This document shows positions 11,866 to 24,863 of a stretch of 64,000 nucleotides of DNA, in pieces. Location of the stretch: positions 407,898,001-407,962,000 of the forward strand of contig OZ024740.1 in assembly GCA_964016885.1 (NCBI GenBank). The letters run 5' to 3'. The translations under genes and the position numbers were made by a program. Positions within the stretch are counted from its first letter, which is position 1. Every line of letters begins with the position of its first letter. The DNA is from Eledone cirrhosa (taxonomy: Eukaryota). A model generated the notes under the pieces. The model ran no database searches. It worked only from the letters and a program-made list of their open reading frames with translations, and was not told the DNA's origin.

Positions 11866-14398
11866 TGAGTGAAGTGATCAGTACAGGAACTAGTCATGAT
11901 AAGTCATGAGAGGAGAAGTGAGAGCTGAGTTGGGAGTGCCTGAGCAGGAGATTAACCAGCTTTGAGGAGTAGAGATTACTATTGCACCATAGGAAAGGCA
12001 GTATGAGGAGACAGCATGTCTAGAGGCTGGAGTCAGGTAACCTTTTGGGGATGCAGTCTAGGAAGAATGGAAATATAACAGGAACATAGGAGCAATTGCC
12101 TAATGTAGATTTCATTTAAGCTTTATAAAGGATTAGTAGATGTTGAGGGTTGAATTATTTTCTAGCCCTGATATCTGTAATGTAGTCTTTGCTATTGCTG
12201 AGAATGTGTGATCACCAGACATTATTCTGATGGCAAGCCCTAGTATTAGTAGAGAAGGTTCTTTCATAGCTCTATATTTTGTGGGGGAAATCCATATTAT
12301 ATCATTTCTTGATATATGTAGAGATCATATCTTTGTGGTGTTAAAGGAAAGAAGAGTGACATAATCCCTAGAGAATGCTCTTGATGTCTGTCTTCTTGTA
12401 GACTGTGCAGGTTTATTGTGAGATATCTAGGCTACATGTTGATGATGCTTGGATGTAGAAGATTAGTAAGGAATGAAGTGTGGTATCATCTACATGAGGG
12501 TGGGAGATGGAGAAGGTAAGTAGGTGTATAGGAGGAATTTGGGGTGGGAGAAAACCAAGGTTTAGAGCACACCAGAGTTGTTGATACAATGTAGGCCAGA
12601 GAGATCTATCAACCATATCACAATGGTGCAATTTGACAGGAAGTCTACAATCAAATATATGAGATGAAGATAGAACCTACAGGCAGTTTTCCTATGAGAT
12701 ACACATACCAGACACAATCAATTGCTTTACTGGTGTCAAGTTAATTAAGGCTTACATTAAGTCTACATATACTGGTTACTGGAGTTTCCAGTGATAGTCA
12801 AAGCAGCGTTTGCAGAGCCCCTCTACCCATCTTAAATTTCTAATACAAATGTGTAATTTACATTTTTTCTGATTCTTAAGAACCTGCTCTATCAATTATT
12901 TACTATTTATTTAATAGATTTTGTATTGAAATTGATGAACAATCATTGATTTACTGTATTTCTCTACAGTTTCCATCTAACAATTGCCACTCACAAAGTA
13001 TTGGTCATTCTGAGTGTGATCCTACTGTGCAGCACTTTGAATGCTACACAGTAGAATCAAATTTAGAACAACAGAGTTGTGAAACAAACTTCTTAACTAC
13101 GCAACCATTCCTGCAAACTATGTTAATATATTTAATTTGCTAATTACAAAACAAAAGAGATAATCTTTGTTGCAATCTTATTGTAACAAAGAACCTTGAG
13201 ATTCTTTGTTACAATAAAAATTTGACTACATTTTGTTTCTTTTAAAATCTCTCTAATCACATAGCTTTATATAAAGTTATAGAGACAAAGTTTCTTTTTA
13301 AAATATGTATGGAAAATACTTCAGAAAATCTAATTCAATTTAAAGAATCATCAACTTATAAAAGGTATATTATGTCATTGTTTACATGAATACTCTCCAA
13401 TACAGATCAATTATGGAAGTCATGAAAGAGAGTCATTATTTTTGTCCATTCATGAAGGATTAAGAGATTGAGAGTATAACATTCCCTCCTGGATGAGATG
13501 AAAATCTGTTGCAAGGCCTCAGCTGCCACTGATGCTCATTTTCAGCTGAGTGAACTGGATCAATAAAAAAGGAAGTACTTTGCTCAAGGCAAATTAAGTC
13601 TTTTTGAGGCCCTAAGCACTTAAAATATCATAGTGCCCTCCACATACAAGGTCTGAAAAAACAAAAAAATTTGCAGGGGTTAATAAATGTATTACTGTAT
13701 ATACTCAAATATAAGTCGACCCCTATTTTATGAGAAATGGGCAAAAATTCATGCCCTGTTTATAAACCGAGACAGCTAATCAACAAATTATGTTTAGATG
13801 GCATGGTTTTGAAATTCGTATGAGTATGAAATATATTTATGAAATTTAAATATTTTGATATTTGAAGTGTTTTTAACTGTCATTTAGAATTTAGGTTTTG
13901 TTTCACAACTCTATTATATAATGAATTTCTATTACGTTAAGTTTCAACGAGTTTCTCAAGTCACTCATATGGTGGGAGTACTTTGAAAGCAAGATATCGA
14001 ATAATTGAACTTTATATAGGAATTAATAGAGTAGAATAGGGAGGGAGACGCAGCAAGTGAGAGAGAGAAGAGTTACATAAGATTGAAAGAAAAAGTATTA
14101 TTAAGAGAAAAAAATGTGTGTATGTTATGGGATATTTATGTATTAAAAAGCTCAAATTATAAATATTTGTTGGAAATATTTTCAACAAATAACATGAATG
14201 ATGATGTAAATGTAGAAAAACAGTGTTTCATTGTAAAATAATCACTCCTGATATTTCAGCATCTTATTTACATAGAATTTAAAGATGGTGAAAATCAGCA
14301 GACTATTGACCTCTTCTAACTTTATGTATGTAATTAATGTTGACATTAATTATATATATAAAATTAGAATAGGAATGGACGTTTATATATATATATAT

Positions 14399-16275
14399 TA
14401 TCATCATCATCATTTAACGTCCACCTTCCACGCTAGCATGGGTTAGATGGGAGTTGTCCCAATTTGAGGCAAGGTTGGTCGGGTGACCGTGTCTCGCTCA
14501 TATAGGACTATCTGGCAGGTTTTCTATGGCTGGATGCCCTTCCTAACATCAACCACATTTACAGTGTGGACTGGGAACTTTTCACCGTGTTACCTACACA
14601 ACCACATTACAGCATGGACTGTGTGTTTTTTTTGTCGTGACACCTACACGATCTCGATTTCATTATCTCATTTATTTGGACTGGATGTTGTGGTACCAAC
14701 TTTACAGAGAGAGGGTGGTGTTGGTGGGAGTGGGAGGATGGAGTAGGAGTAGTGGATTGAGGTGTATATTTGGTTAAGAGGTGCCTACTGATTGTAGGTT
14801 TCGCTTTGTACATAGGCAAAGCAGGTCTTCTGTATTACTGCGTGGCGCCAAAGATCTCAGTCCAGTGATATTGTCTTAGAGAGCTGCAAGTGTGTAAGGT
14901 CGGAATTTATCAAATCGTCCCAGGTTTTTCATAACTTCCATCAATTTTGATCGCCCTGCACATTTTTATACAGCTGTCATCTTTCATGTGCATCACTTGA
15001 CCATAACAACATAGTCTTCTCTCAAGTAAACAGCATCTGATCTCTCTTATTCCTAATTTCTCGCTTAGTTCATTTATGTTTTGCCATTCACATATATTAC
15101 TATTACACATCCAACGGAGCATACATGCTTCGTTCCTTTCCAGTCTGCGCTGGTCCTCTGCACGTAATGCCCATGTCTCACTGCCAAGTAACATTGCTGT
15201 TCGTATACAGACATCATACAATCTGCCTTTCATTTTTAGAGAGAAACCTTTTGTGGCCAACAGCGGTATAAGCTCTCTGAACTTTTTCCATCCAGTTCTG
15301 ACTCTGGCTACTGTACTTTCAGAGCACCCTCCTCCACTGCTGATTTTGTCACCCAGGTAACGGAAAGTGTCCACTATTTCTATAGAACCATCTGGGCAAT
15401 AGAAGGAGCTAGTATCCTGTGGACACTTGCTACTTATTGCATCTGAGCATTGGCCACATATAAAATCTACGTTCTTAGATAGTTTACTTGTGATCCCACT
15501 ACATCTATTATGTACCCATAGTTTGCATTTGGGCCATAAAATGGAATTTCTACCTACTCCTTTCCTACACACTGAGCATGGCCATTTCCCAGATGGCACC
15601 TGTGCCCTATTTTCCCTTCTACATACTAGAACTTTAGTCTTAGACAAGTTAACTTTAAGGCCTTTTGATTCTAGGCCATGCTTCCATGTTTGGAATTTCT
15701 TCTCTAGTTCAGCCATAGATTCAGCTATGAGAGTTAGATCATCTGCGTATAGGAGTTCCCATGGGCAGCTGGTCTTAAACTCCTCTGTTATAGCCTGAAG
15801 GGCAATAATAAATAGGAGGGGGCTAAGGACAGAGCCTTGATGAATACCAACTTTTACGCTAAATTCTTCACTATATTCATTGTTAATTCTAACCTTACTG
15901 ACTGTTTCTTTATGCATGGCTTGTATAGCTCTCACAAGCCATTCATCTACACCTAGTTTTCTAAGACTCCACCTGATAATGGAGCAGGGGACTCTGTCAA
16001 AGGCTTTCTCCAGGTCTACAAAAACTAAGTAGAGGGGTTTACTTTTAGCTAGGTACTTCTCCTGTAGTTGTCGTACAAGAAAAAGAGCGTCTGTGGTACT
16101 TTTACCTGACACAAACCCAAACTGCATTTCATCTAGATTAGTTCGCTTTCTGATTAGTTGCACTATAACTCTTTTTGTGACACTTGTGACCCGGTCAACT
16201 AACTTAATGCCTCTATAGTTTCCCCTATCTAGAGCATCCCCTTTACCCTTGTAGCAGTTAATGATGCTGCTGCTA
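14399..16275 (-). mobile_element. 5'-truncated RTE LINE (family A-related), RT + PHD, decayed
   Basis: RT ORF 14910-16275 closely similar to 5256-8231; first PHD-region Cys changed (ILWPKC); C-terminal disruption; (CAT)n tail at 14399. Confidence 0.92.
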
Positions 16276-16387
16276 CGCCAATATATATATATAATTAATG
16301 TCAACATTAGAAGAGGGATAGGCATTTTTATATATATATACATATATATATATATATAGTTATGTAATAAACAACATAAGATAATTA

Positions 16388-16447
16388 TTTCATTTACCAG
16401 TGGTTTCTTGAAAGCAAACAAATCTGCTTTCAGTCATCAGAATGAAA
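16388..16447 (-). ncRNA. Type I hammerhead ribozyme motif
   Basis: Minus strand: TTTCATT-CTGATGA-c TGAAAGCA..TGCTTTCA a-GAAA-CCA c TGG-TA-AATGAAA; predicted GUA cleavage. Confidence 0.8.
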
Positions 16448-16542
16448 AAATCCTGGTGTTTTTATTGAATGTGGTTTTCAAATCCACATTCAATAAAAAC
16501 ACCAGGATTTTTTCATTCTGATGACTAAAAGCAGATTTGTTT
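16416..16542. repeat. Fold-back inverted repeat overlapping the HHR
   Basis: ~60-bp near-perfect arms around ~16480. Confidence 0.9.
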
Positions 16543-16619
16543 TGTAACCTACATAGAGCACTCTTTTTTCCTGGACCTTTCCGACGGAATTACTTCGCAC
16601 ATATATATATATATATATA

Positions 16620-16782
16620 GGAAAAGAGTCAGTACCCCGACAGCTGAGCTCCGGTCATTTTGACAGATAGCTCAGCCACAGGGGTCCTGACTCTTTTCCT
16701 ATTACCCACTCTACTACCCTAAGTATCGAGTACTCTGGTGCATTATGGTACACCTGGTATCTTACCACACTTTCTTTGTTAT
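16620..16782 (-). mobile_element. (TA)n-embedded hairpin-ended element; homologue of 52455-52665
   Basis: Shared ~80-nt block GTGTGGTAAG...CAGAGTACTC.ATACTTAGGGTAGTAGAGTGGGTAATAGGAAAA followed by a hairpin; (TA)n on both sides. Confidence 0.65.
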
Positions 16783-16807
16783 ATATATATATATATATAT
16801 GAAAAAG

Positions 16808-16885
16808 TGAGTCCTTCATCAGTGACCCTCCAACCGTCCTAGGCATTTCATCGCTTTAAGGGCCATATACCTTAGGTTGGTGCGA
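16808..16885 (-). ncRNA. Putative non-circularly permuted hammerhead ribozyme (family A, minus copy)
   Basis: Reverse complement of 17773-17850 with one substitution. Confidence 0.6.
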
Positions 16886-17772
16886 ACAACGGCTAAAAAA
16901 AGTCGTTGGGACACGTAAATAAAGAGAACGTTAGGGTGAACAAACAAAATGGTTTAAGCAACAGAAAGTGAGAAGAAAGAGACAAGTCCCAGATTTCTAT
17001 GAATATAAACTCGATAAAATCGTGAACGAGAGAATAAAGACCATCAAACCTGGTTGAAATGTGAGCAAGGAAGGAATTTCGCACAGGTCTAACGGGGGGA
17101 AGAAGAAGGGGTCTGGTCTGCGAATTCGGTAAACATAAGTTCTGTGAAGTCGCAAACGAGAGAGAATGGCCCTTAAAGCGATGAAATGCCTAGGACGGTT
17201 GGAGGGTCACTGATGAAGGACTCACTTTTTCATATGTAACCCATTTGCAACGCCGCAGCTCCATTATTATCATATTTACACATATATTTTTTCCTCTGCT
17301 GCCACCCGTCTGTTTCGTTCTTTGTATCTTTACCCTTTCTAGCAGTCTCTCTCTCTGTTAGCCTCTTCCTCAACTTTCACTCACTCATACCCTGTCACTA
17401 CCTCTCCTCCTCTCCTCTTTTTTCCCGCTTGACCTGTCCGATTTCTTTTCTCGCGCGCTCTTGGCCAAGCCGGTATGAATTTTTTTTCTCTCTCTCTCTC
17501 GTCTGCGACTTCACAGAACTTATGTTTACCGAATTCGCAGACCAGACCCCTTCTTCTTCCCCCCATTAGACCTGTGCCAAATTCCTTCCTTGCTCACATT
17601 TCAACCAGGTTTGATGGTCTTTATTCTCTCGTTCACGATTTTATCGAGTTTATATTCATAGAAATCTGGGACTTGTCTCTTTCTTCTCACTTTCTGTTGC
17701 TTAAACCATTTTGTTTGTTCACCCTAACGTTCTCTTTATTTACGTGTCCCAACGACTTTTTTTAGCCGTTGT

Positions 17773-17850
17773 TCGCACCAACCTAAGGTATATGGCCCTC
17801 AAAGCGATGAAATGCCTAGGACGGTTGGAGGGTCACTGATGAAGGACTCA
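17773..17850 (+). ncRNA. Putative non-circularly permuted hammerhead ribozyme (family A)
   Basis: AGGTA-TA-TGGCCCT ... GAAA-TGCCT ... AGGGTCA-CTGATGA; stems I and III pair, with core strands in reversed order. Confidence 0.65.
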
Positions 17851-17894
17851 CTTTTTCATATGTAACCCATTTGCAACGCCGCAGCTCCATTATT

Positions 17895-17930
<36 letters not shown>

Positions 17931-17934
<4 letters not shown>

Positions 17935-18048
17935 TTTTAATGCGATGAAATACCAATGATCGTTGGCAAATCACTGATGAGGGACTCATTTTATAACATG
18001 TAATCCATGTGCAACCATGCAGTATTCTTCTCCCCATATTTTTCACAT

Positions 18049-18080
<32 letters not shown>

Positions 18081-18440
18081 ATATATATATATACACATCT
18101 ATATATATATATATATACACATGTATATATATATATATATATACACATGTATATATATATATATATACACATGTATATATATATATATGTGAAAAATATG
18201 GGGAGAAGAATACTGCATGGTTGCACATGGATTACATGTTATAAAATGAGTCCCTCATCAGTGATTTGCCAACGATCATTGGTATTATTGGCATTTGCCA
18301 ACGATCATTGGCATTAAAAATCATATACCTCACGTTGGTGCGATAATAACTAAAATAAGTTATTAGGACAATTGAAACGCGTAAACCGAGTGAGACAAGT
18401 AAACAACACAGGGGAAAGCTAACCGAAGATAGTAAGAAAC
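17931..18440. mobile_element. Element B: diverged relative of A, two inverted copies around a (TA)n tract
   Basis: 17931-18045 (+) and ~18188-18345 (-) carry the same motif with compensatory changes; the minus copy has an internal duplication replacing the GAAA segment. Confidence 0.7.
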
Positions 18441-18493
18441 ACAAGTGGAATGATATGGACCCCAGTCCCTATCATCTCATTTCTACAGCTGAG

Positions 18494-18544
<51 letters not shown>

Positions 18545-18555
18545 CTACAGCTGAG

Positions 18556-18602
<47 letters not shown>

Positions 18603-18604
<2 letters not shown>

Positions 18605-18750
18605 CCTTATGAAAATTAACGGCTGAGCAGCCTAATTTGCATATCGAGTGAGCTAAGTCGGTCAGGCATACCGAAAACGATAAGTTGAAATCAAATGAAA
18701 ACGAAATTTCATTTCTCACTCTTAGTACGGCACTTACTTAAATGTAAGTA
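18603..18750. repeat. Diverged fragment related to the 466-bp HHR unit
   Basis: TATGAAAATTA..GCAG.CTAATTTGCATA..GTGAG..ACGATAA..AACGAAATT aligns with ~48395-48490. Confidence 0.6.
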
Positions 18751-19116
18751 TGTGTGTATACGTACATACATATATGTATACAGATGTACAGTAGCATGCA
18801 TATATATATATATATACATATATATACATATATACATACAGGTACACATACAAGAATTACAACAAAAATTAAATAGAAAATATGAGTGGAACAGCAACAT
18901 CACAACTTACAATTAAGGAAAAACGAAAACACACACACACATAGAACAAACAACCAACCAGTAACATGTAAATAAACAAATAAATAAATGAACATAAACA
19001 CACACAGACACCCGGATGTGGCGCATGCGCAGACTGAGCACACAACACACACACAGAAACAAAATGGTGTAGGACAGAACAAAGGAGAGGCACAGAAACA
19101 AAGAAAGGAATCCCCA

Positions 19117-19159
19117 GTCACTGAAGAGGTCACAGAGTGTGTGACGAAAGAACTATGAC
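19117..19159 (+). ncRNA. Type I hammerhead ribozyme motif
   Basis: GTCA-CTGAAGA-g GTCAC..GTGAC-GAAA-GAAC-TA-TGAC; minimal stem III. Confidence 0.7.
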
Positions 19160-19297
19160 AATATATAAACAACTATCTGGTTGTGGAACCAACCAACCAA
19201 CCAGAAATTTATAAATTTATAAATTTATTATAATAAATTGAAGTGAAAGCATCTGGTGCGTGTGTTTCTTATTGGCAACATGACCCTCCCAAAGTAT

Positions 19298-19334
<37 letters not shown>

Positions 19335-19426
19335 TACTTCAATGTATTTCATATAATAGAATGAGTATTTGATATGTAAACACTGAGCTAAATGTATACA
19401 TTTTATAGCTGTGTATTATATATATA

Positions 19427-19491
<65 letters not shown>

Positions 19492-20014
19492 GTGTGTGTG
19501 TGTATATCTATATATATACATACATACACACAAACAAACACACATTTTTCTACATTTTTTCTTTAACCTATTTATATTACTGACTTCATCACACCTGACA
19601 CAAGAATGTTTCCTCTTCTTACCTCATGTTATTTAACCAGATATGTTTCATATTTCAAATAGACTATGAGAAGGTTGAGTAGAAGCTCTATATTAGTAAC
19701 ATGTTGATATACTGAATAACAAATAATAAGGGATCTAGAACATTGTTACGTAAAATGGCAAATTGACATTTAATAACACCCCAATCAAAATTTTTCTATT
19801 CAGCACTTTTGCTTTCAAGAAAGGCATGAACATCCTGTTTCTAATTTTCCAGATGTTTCTCAGGTTTTTAGTCCCATGTAACAAAAACAAATTGCTTGTT
19901 TCTATAGCAACAATAATGTTATCATTGTTACATTTCTAACTGAATTGTCCTGTAGATACACATCTTTCACTATTACATACTATTGCTTTTCATTATCATC
20001 ATTGTGACAGGCCT

Positions 20015-20172
20015 GACGCCATGCTTTACAGCAAAGAGTTATGGTCCTTTATGGTCTGAGTTCAAATCCTGCTGAGGTTAACTTTGCCTTTCATCCTTAC
20101 AGGGTCGATAAAATAAAGCACCAATAATACACTGGGAGAATTGCTGGACTTGTGCCAAAAGTAGAAACAATT
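20015..20172 (+). mobile_element. MetaSINE-like SINE copy
   Basis: Same family as 9476-9668. Confidence 0.8.
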
Positions 20173-20919
20173 ATCATAGTTATGACAAACATCAACAACA
20201 GCAAATATATCCTACACTTAACATTACAGTTTTGATGTCATGGATTGTTGAGAGTTCTTAAGGAAGTGTTTCTACAATAGAATGCCCTTCCTGATGCCAA
20301 CCCATACATTTATTTATAAGTAAGGTATATGCCAGTCATTTTTATCAAAATGCTATGCTGCAGGACATATGAACAAATATCTTGATTGTTTTAAGTTTTC
20401 TTGAAAAGTATTATTGTTAAACTGACACACACATACACATTCACTAAAGGAAAATACACACATGCACACACACACATGCATGCACACACGCACACACACA
20501 ATGAGCTTCTTTCACACTTTCCATCTATCAAATTAAAAAATAGCTATATCTTGGCATACACATACACAAGCATTTGTGCACATTAAAGCATGTACATACA
20601 CATGCACATACACCCATACAGACAGAATTACACACATTCATATAATAAACTTCACATAAACAACTGCTGCTAGATCCTCGAGATACCGGTCTTCAGTGTC
20701 AAATCGTAATTGGGGATGAAAAATGGATCTATTTTTGTAATCCTAATAAGATAAATCAGAGTCATTGTTCCAAATAAGAGCAGTTTGAACTGGTCATGAT
20801 GTGTGTTTGGTGGAATTTTGAGGGGACGTTGCACTTTGAGCTGTCTCAGATGGTTGTTCTGCGAATGTTCTCCTTTATACTCAACAACTGCAGTGAGTAT
20901 ATGACACTTTGAAAGCCAA

Positions 20920-22660
20920 ATGGCATAAACATAGAATGGAGGTTCTGCAACAAGGCACTTCTCATACAGCTTGTTCTTCTCTTCAATGATCATGGTGATT
21001 GCAGCATCATTAGCATCAAACCAGACTCAATGTTTTGTTTTCTTAAGAATAAGTACATTAATCCCAACACTGTAAACCTGTCTTTTAAACTGTTTCCAAG
21101 TTCCATTAAAGACAACGTTATCAAGTACATTATAAATAGTATCTCACATTTATAAACTTTGCAGTTTAGACACATCTATATGCTTTAGCGCTTGTACCCC
21201 TACTACCCTCGCTTTTCTTCTGATCTGCACTTTCATCTTGGCATGTACAAGTTTGTGGTCTGTATCGTATTCTGCACAATGCATTACTCTTAATGAGGTC
21301 TTTGGAAGTCTCTCTTCCTGGTGATGACATGCTTGGATCTCCTCTTGTTGAAAAAACGTATTGCACACAACCAGCTGAAACTCAGTGCAAAATTGCATAA
21401 GGAGAAGACCATTAGCATTCCCTTTGCCCATGATGTCCTAAAACACTCCAGATGTGATCACTCTTTCCCACACATGCATTGAAATCTCCATGAAGCAAGA
21501 TCTTGTCCAAATGTGGAATTGATGTTATACATCCTCGTAAATATTCGTAAAAAGCCATGATTAATTTGTGGTTACTATCCGGGGTAGATTAATGAGATAT
21601 TTAAATTTTATTTGTAAATCAGTTCAATTCTTCATTTATTTTTAGCAAAATTCATTGATTACTTTGCTGTAAAATGTATCAGCACCATGCTCTACCTTCA
21701 TCTTCTTCAAAAGGTCTTTACTCATGGAAATGAAGACCAAATTAGTCACTCTCCTTTCATTTTGAGAACACCTCATATAATTATTTGCTGTGGCAGGCTT
21801 GATCAATCATTGTGAGATGGGGCAGGCTTTCAGAATCATTGTCAGTCAAAGGTTTTCAGAGCAATTACGAAATTCACATAGTTCTGAGATTGTTTGTGAC
21901 TTGTCAAAGCTGCAATCAAATAGTTTAAATTACAGTAGCTGGTAGTGGTCCATATGTTCTTATGTTGACAAAATAACAGACATTGGAAGCAATTTGTTTA
22001 GAATGGGACATCCTGTCATACACTCATACTGTTTGTAATACTTGGAATCAAAATAACGATAAAATTCTTTGCTGGCCACTTTGTTTTCTATCTTCCAATA
22101 ATGATAATCTTCCTCTTTTTGTAGCTTCTTGTTGCATAGGGTTGGGAAAGGAGAGAGGAAACTGAGCTGACTCTTTTGTCATCATGAGGGGGAATAAAAT
22201 ATGAAGTGTTTAAAGTGTTCAGTCCACTGACTCATGACTCCTGCTGGATCTTTGATGAGGACATTCCCATATTTTGACTTCAATGGTGTGACTTTTGAGG
22301 GCTGTGGGCCAAATACTTGCCTTATTGTACTATATAATACCCTCAAGTCTCTGCAGTTATAAGCTCTCTACATCTTTGGTGAAATTTCAGACAATCAGTT
22401 ATTCTTTATCTTTTGAGTTTCACATTGCAGCATTAATTATGCTTCTTTGAAAGCCTTCATAAAAGTGGTACACACTGGACCCTCGGTAACAAGGCACTTC
22501 TCATACAACATAATCTTCTCTTCAATGAACCTGGTAATTTCAGCATCATTATAGTCAAATCAGTTTTGGTATTTTGTTTTGCTTTACATTAAGTATATCA
22601 ACCCCAACAGTATAATCCTGTGTTTTGAATTGATAAAAGCCAACCTTACTCAATTGCACT
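20920..22660 (-). pseudogene. Old degenerate RTE (BovB-like) fragments
   Basis: MGKGNANGLLLMQFCTEFQLVVCNTFF and TDHKLV (APE), DWFD-like and FGPQP remnants; many stops and frameshifts. Confidence 0.6.
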
Positions 22661-22944
22661 TCTCAAAGGTGATTACACAGTACTGAGATCTCTGGCGTCA
22701 TGCAGTAATGCAGAAGACCCAACTTCCCATGTCACAGGCCAAAGCTATGCACCACCCAAGCCCACCCTCCCATACATTTCCCAAGAGGACAGGCCGAAGC
22801 ATAGATCCAGTGAATCCTCCAACACAACATGGCCAAAAAAAGAAGTAAGTGACATAGTCACTACTTTAATAATGATTGCGCAAGGCTTTTGATTAAACAT
22901 ACAGTATATTGCCAAATATACTATACGTACATTCATATATATCT

Positions 22945-23345
22945 ATATCTAGGGCGGGTAAAATTCCCCAAGATCCATGGACAAGTTCTCTCCAGCGTCC
23001 CTCATTGTCCTGTGTCTCCAACAGACCAGTGTCTGTCCTTAGGGCATCAACATATGTTAATCTTGGTCTTCCTCTTCCAGTGTGTCCATGCGGGGGCTTC
23101 CACAGGAGCACTGAGTGCAGTGTCAACTCTGGATGTCGGTGAGCATGTCCAGCTAACCTCAGTCACCTCTGTTGTAGTGGAGTGTGTGCTGCTGTACGGG
23201 TCTGAGACTTGGACACTGACCAAGAAACTCACTCAGATGGTGGATGGGTGCTACACGAGAATGGTGAAGATGGCTCTGAACATTAATCAGTATACACTGA
23301 GGATGAAAAACTCAGAGCTGTATGGGAGACTCCCAAAAGTCAGCT
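22945..23345. mobile_element. RTE-superfamily LINE C-terminal fragments in opposite orientations
   Basis: Minus: LLWKPPHGHTGRGRPRLTYVD; plus: VECVLLYGSETWTLTKKL. Confidence 0.7.
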
Positions 23346-23346
23346 C

Positions 23347-23378
<32 letters not shown>

Positions 23379-23489
23379 TATAGAGTAAAGCATGTCCAGA
23401 GAATTATTCTCCATTGAGCCACATCGAGAAAAGTTGCAAAAACACATATATATACCTGTGACTTTGTTTAATTGGTGTATGTGTAAATA

Positions 23490-23566
<77 letters not shown>

Positions 23567-23631
23567 CACATATGTATATATATAGATAAATATACACGGG
23601 TGTGTATGATTGTGTATAGAAGATTATATTA

Positions 23632-24008
23632 ATAAGAGGAATTCCAACTTTGTCTGATTTACTCGTTTTATTTACAATCCTTTAAAATTTATAATGGTAT
23701 TATAATGAAATAGTATGATAGAATATTAAATGCTAAGTGTTAATTGAACAAGTACTTTCATGCTTTCGCAATCTTCAGGTTCATAATGTGTGGTGACAGT
23801 CAAGTTTGTAATTTTCAACTGTTGAAAATTGCAAACTTGACTGTCACCACACATTATGAACCTGAAGATTGCGAAAGCATGAAAGTACTTGTTCAATTAA
23901 CACTTAACATTTAATATTCTATCATACTATTTCATTATAATACCATTATAAATTTTAAAGGATTGTAAATAAAACGAGTAAATCAGACAAAATTGGAATT
24001 CCTCTTAT
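23632..24008. repeat. Near-perfect 188-bp-arm palindrome carrying one HHR per arm
   Basis: Arms mirror around 23820 with a few mismatches; adjacent to (TA)n. Confidence 0.92.
23857..23895 (+). ncRNA. Type I hammerhead motif (mirror copy at 23745-23783, minus)
   Basis: TGAAC-CTGAAGA-t TGC gaaa GCA t-GAAA-GTAC-TT-GTTCA; palindromic stem III. Confidence 0.75.
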
Positions 24009-24144
24009 ATATATGCATATACATATGTATGTATATATATATGCATATATATATATGCATATATATATACATATATATATGCATATACATAAGATTATAT
24101 ATATATATGCATATACATATGTATATATATATATGCATATAAAT

Positions 24145-24850
24145 ATCATCATCATTTTACGTCCGCTTTTCCCTGCTTGCAAGGGTGGGATGGGTCTTAT
24201 TCAGCACAGCATCTCTCCACTCGTCACGGTCCTTCATCATCTCCACCGTGAGCTTCAGCAATATGAGGTCTGTTCTCACCACCTCCGCCCATATTTTTTA
24301 TGGTCTACCTCTACCACGTCTTCCTTCAACTGGCATTTCCTGGCACTTCTTCACCCATCGGTCATCCTCCATGCGCATCACATGTCCATACCACCTCAGT
24401 CACCTCTCTCGCACACTACATTCTATACCTCTAAGACACACTTTCTCTCTCAACACATTTATGCTGGATCGTTCATCCACATTGACATTGCACATCTAAC
24501 GGAGCATACTTGCCTCATTTCTCTCCAGCCATCGCATATCCTCTGCAGTTGCTACCCATGTCTCACTACCATGCAGCATCGCACTCCTCACACAGGCATC
24601 ATATAACCGTCCTTTCGTACGCAGGGAGAAACCCTTCTTCATCAGCAGAGGAAGAAGCTCCCTAAACTTCTTCCAACCCGGCTTTATTCTAGATACTATG
24701 GCCTTCGAACACCCCCCCCCCCCCATGCTAATCTGATCTTCTAGGTACCGGAAGCTATCCACCACTTCTATAGCACCTGCCTGCATTTGAAAAATGTGTC
24801 TATCAATGCGACTTCTGCTGTCTAATTTCCCTGTACATCTACTGCATACA
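24145..24850 (-). mobile_element. RTE LINE 3' fragment (family B)
   Basis: IEVVDSFRYL...GWKKFRELLPLL...LHGSETW; (CAT)n tail. Confidence 0.88.
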
Positions 24851-24863
24851 TATTTCTCCCTTC

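Larger units (their letters stand above)
16797..17899. mobile_element. Non-coding Penelope-like/retrozyme-like element A: inverted partial copy plus ~1.2-mer of a 626-bp unit
   Basis: 16797-17165 is the reverse complement of ~17495-17860; 17166-17272 repeats at 17792-17898; flanked by (TA)n. Confidence 0.8.

Noticed and set aside
13930-13970. Minus-strand TTGAGAA...GAAA HHR-like stretch
   Set aside because: Stems I and II do not pair convincingly
14910-16421. 503-aa ORF as an intact gene
   Set aside because: The first ~48 residues read through flanking TA-rich DNA; the rest is a truncated RTE RT
17800-17850. SECIS, C/D-box, twister or pistol reading of the ATGA...TGATGA motif
   Set aside because: Required spacing and conserved loops are absent; the permuted hammerhead explains the pairings and copy boundaries better
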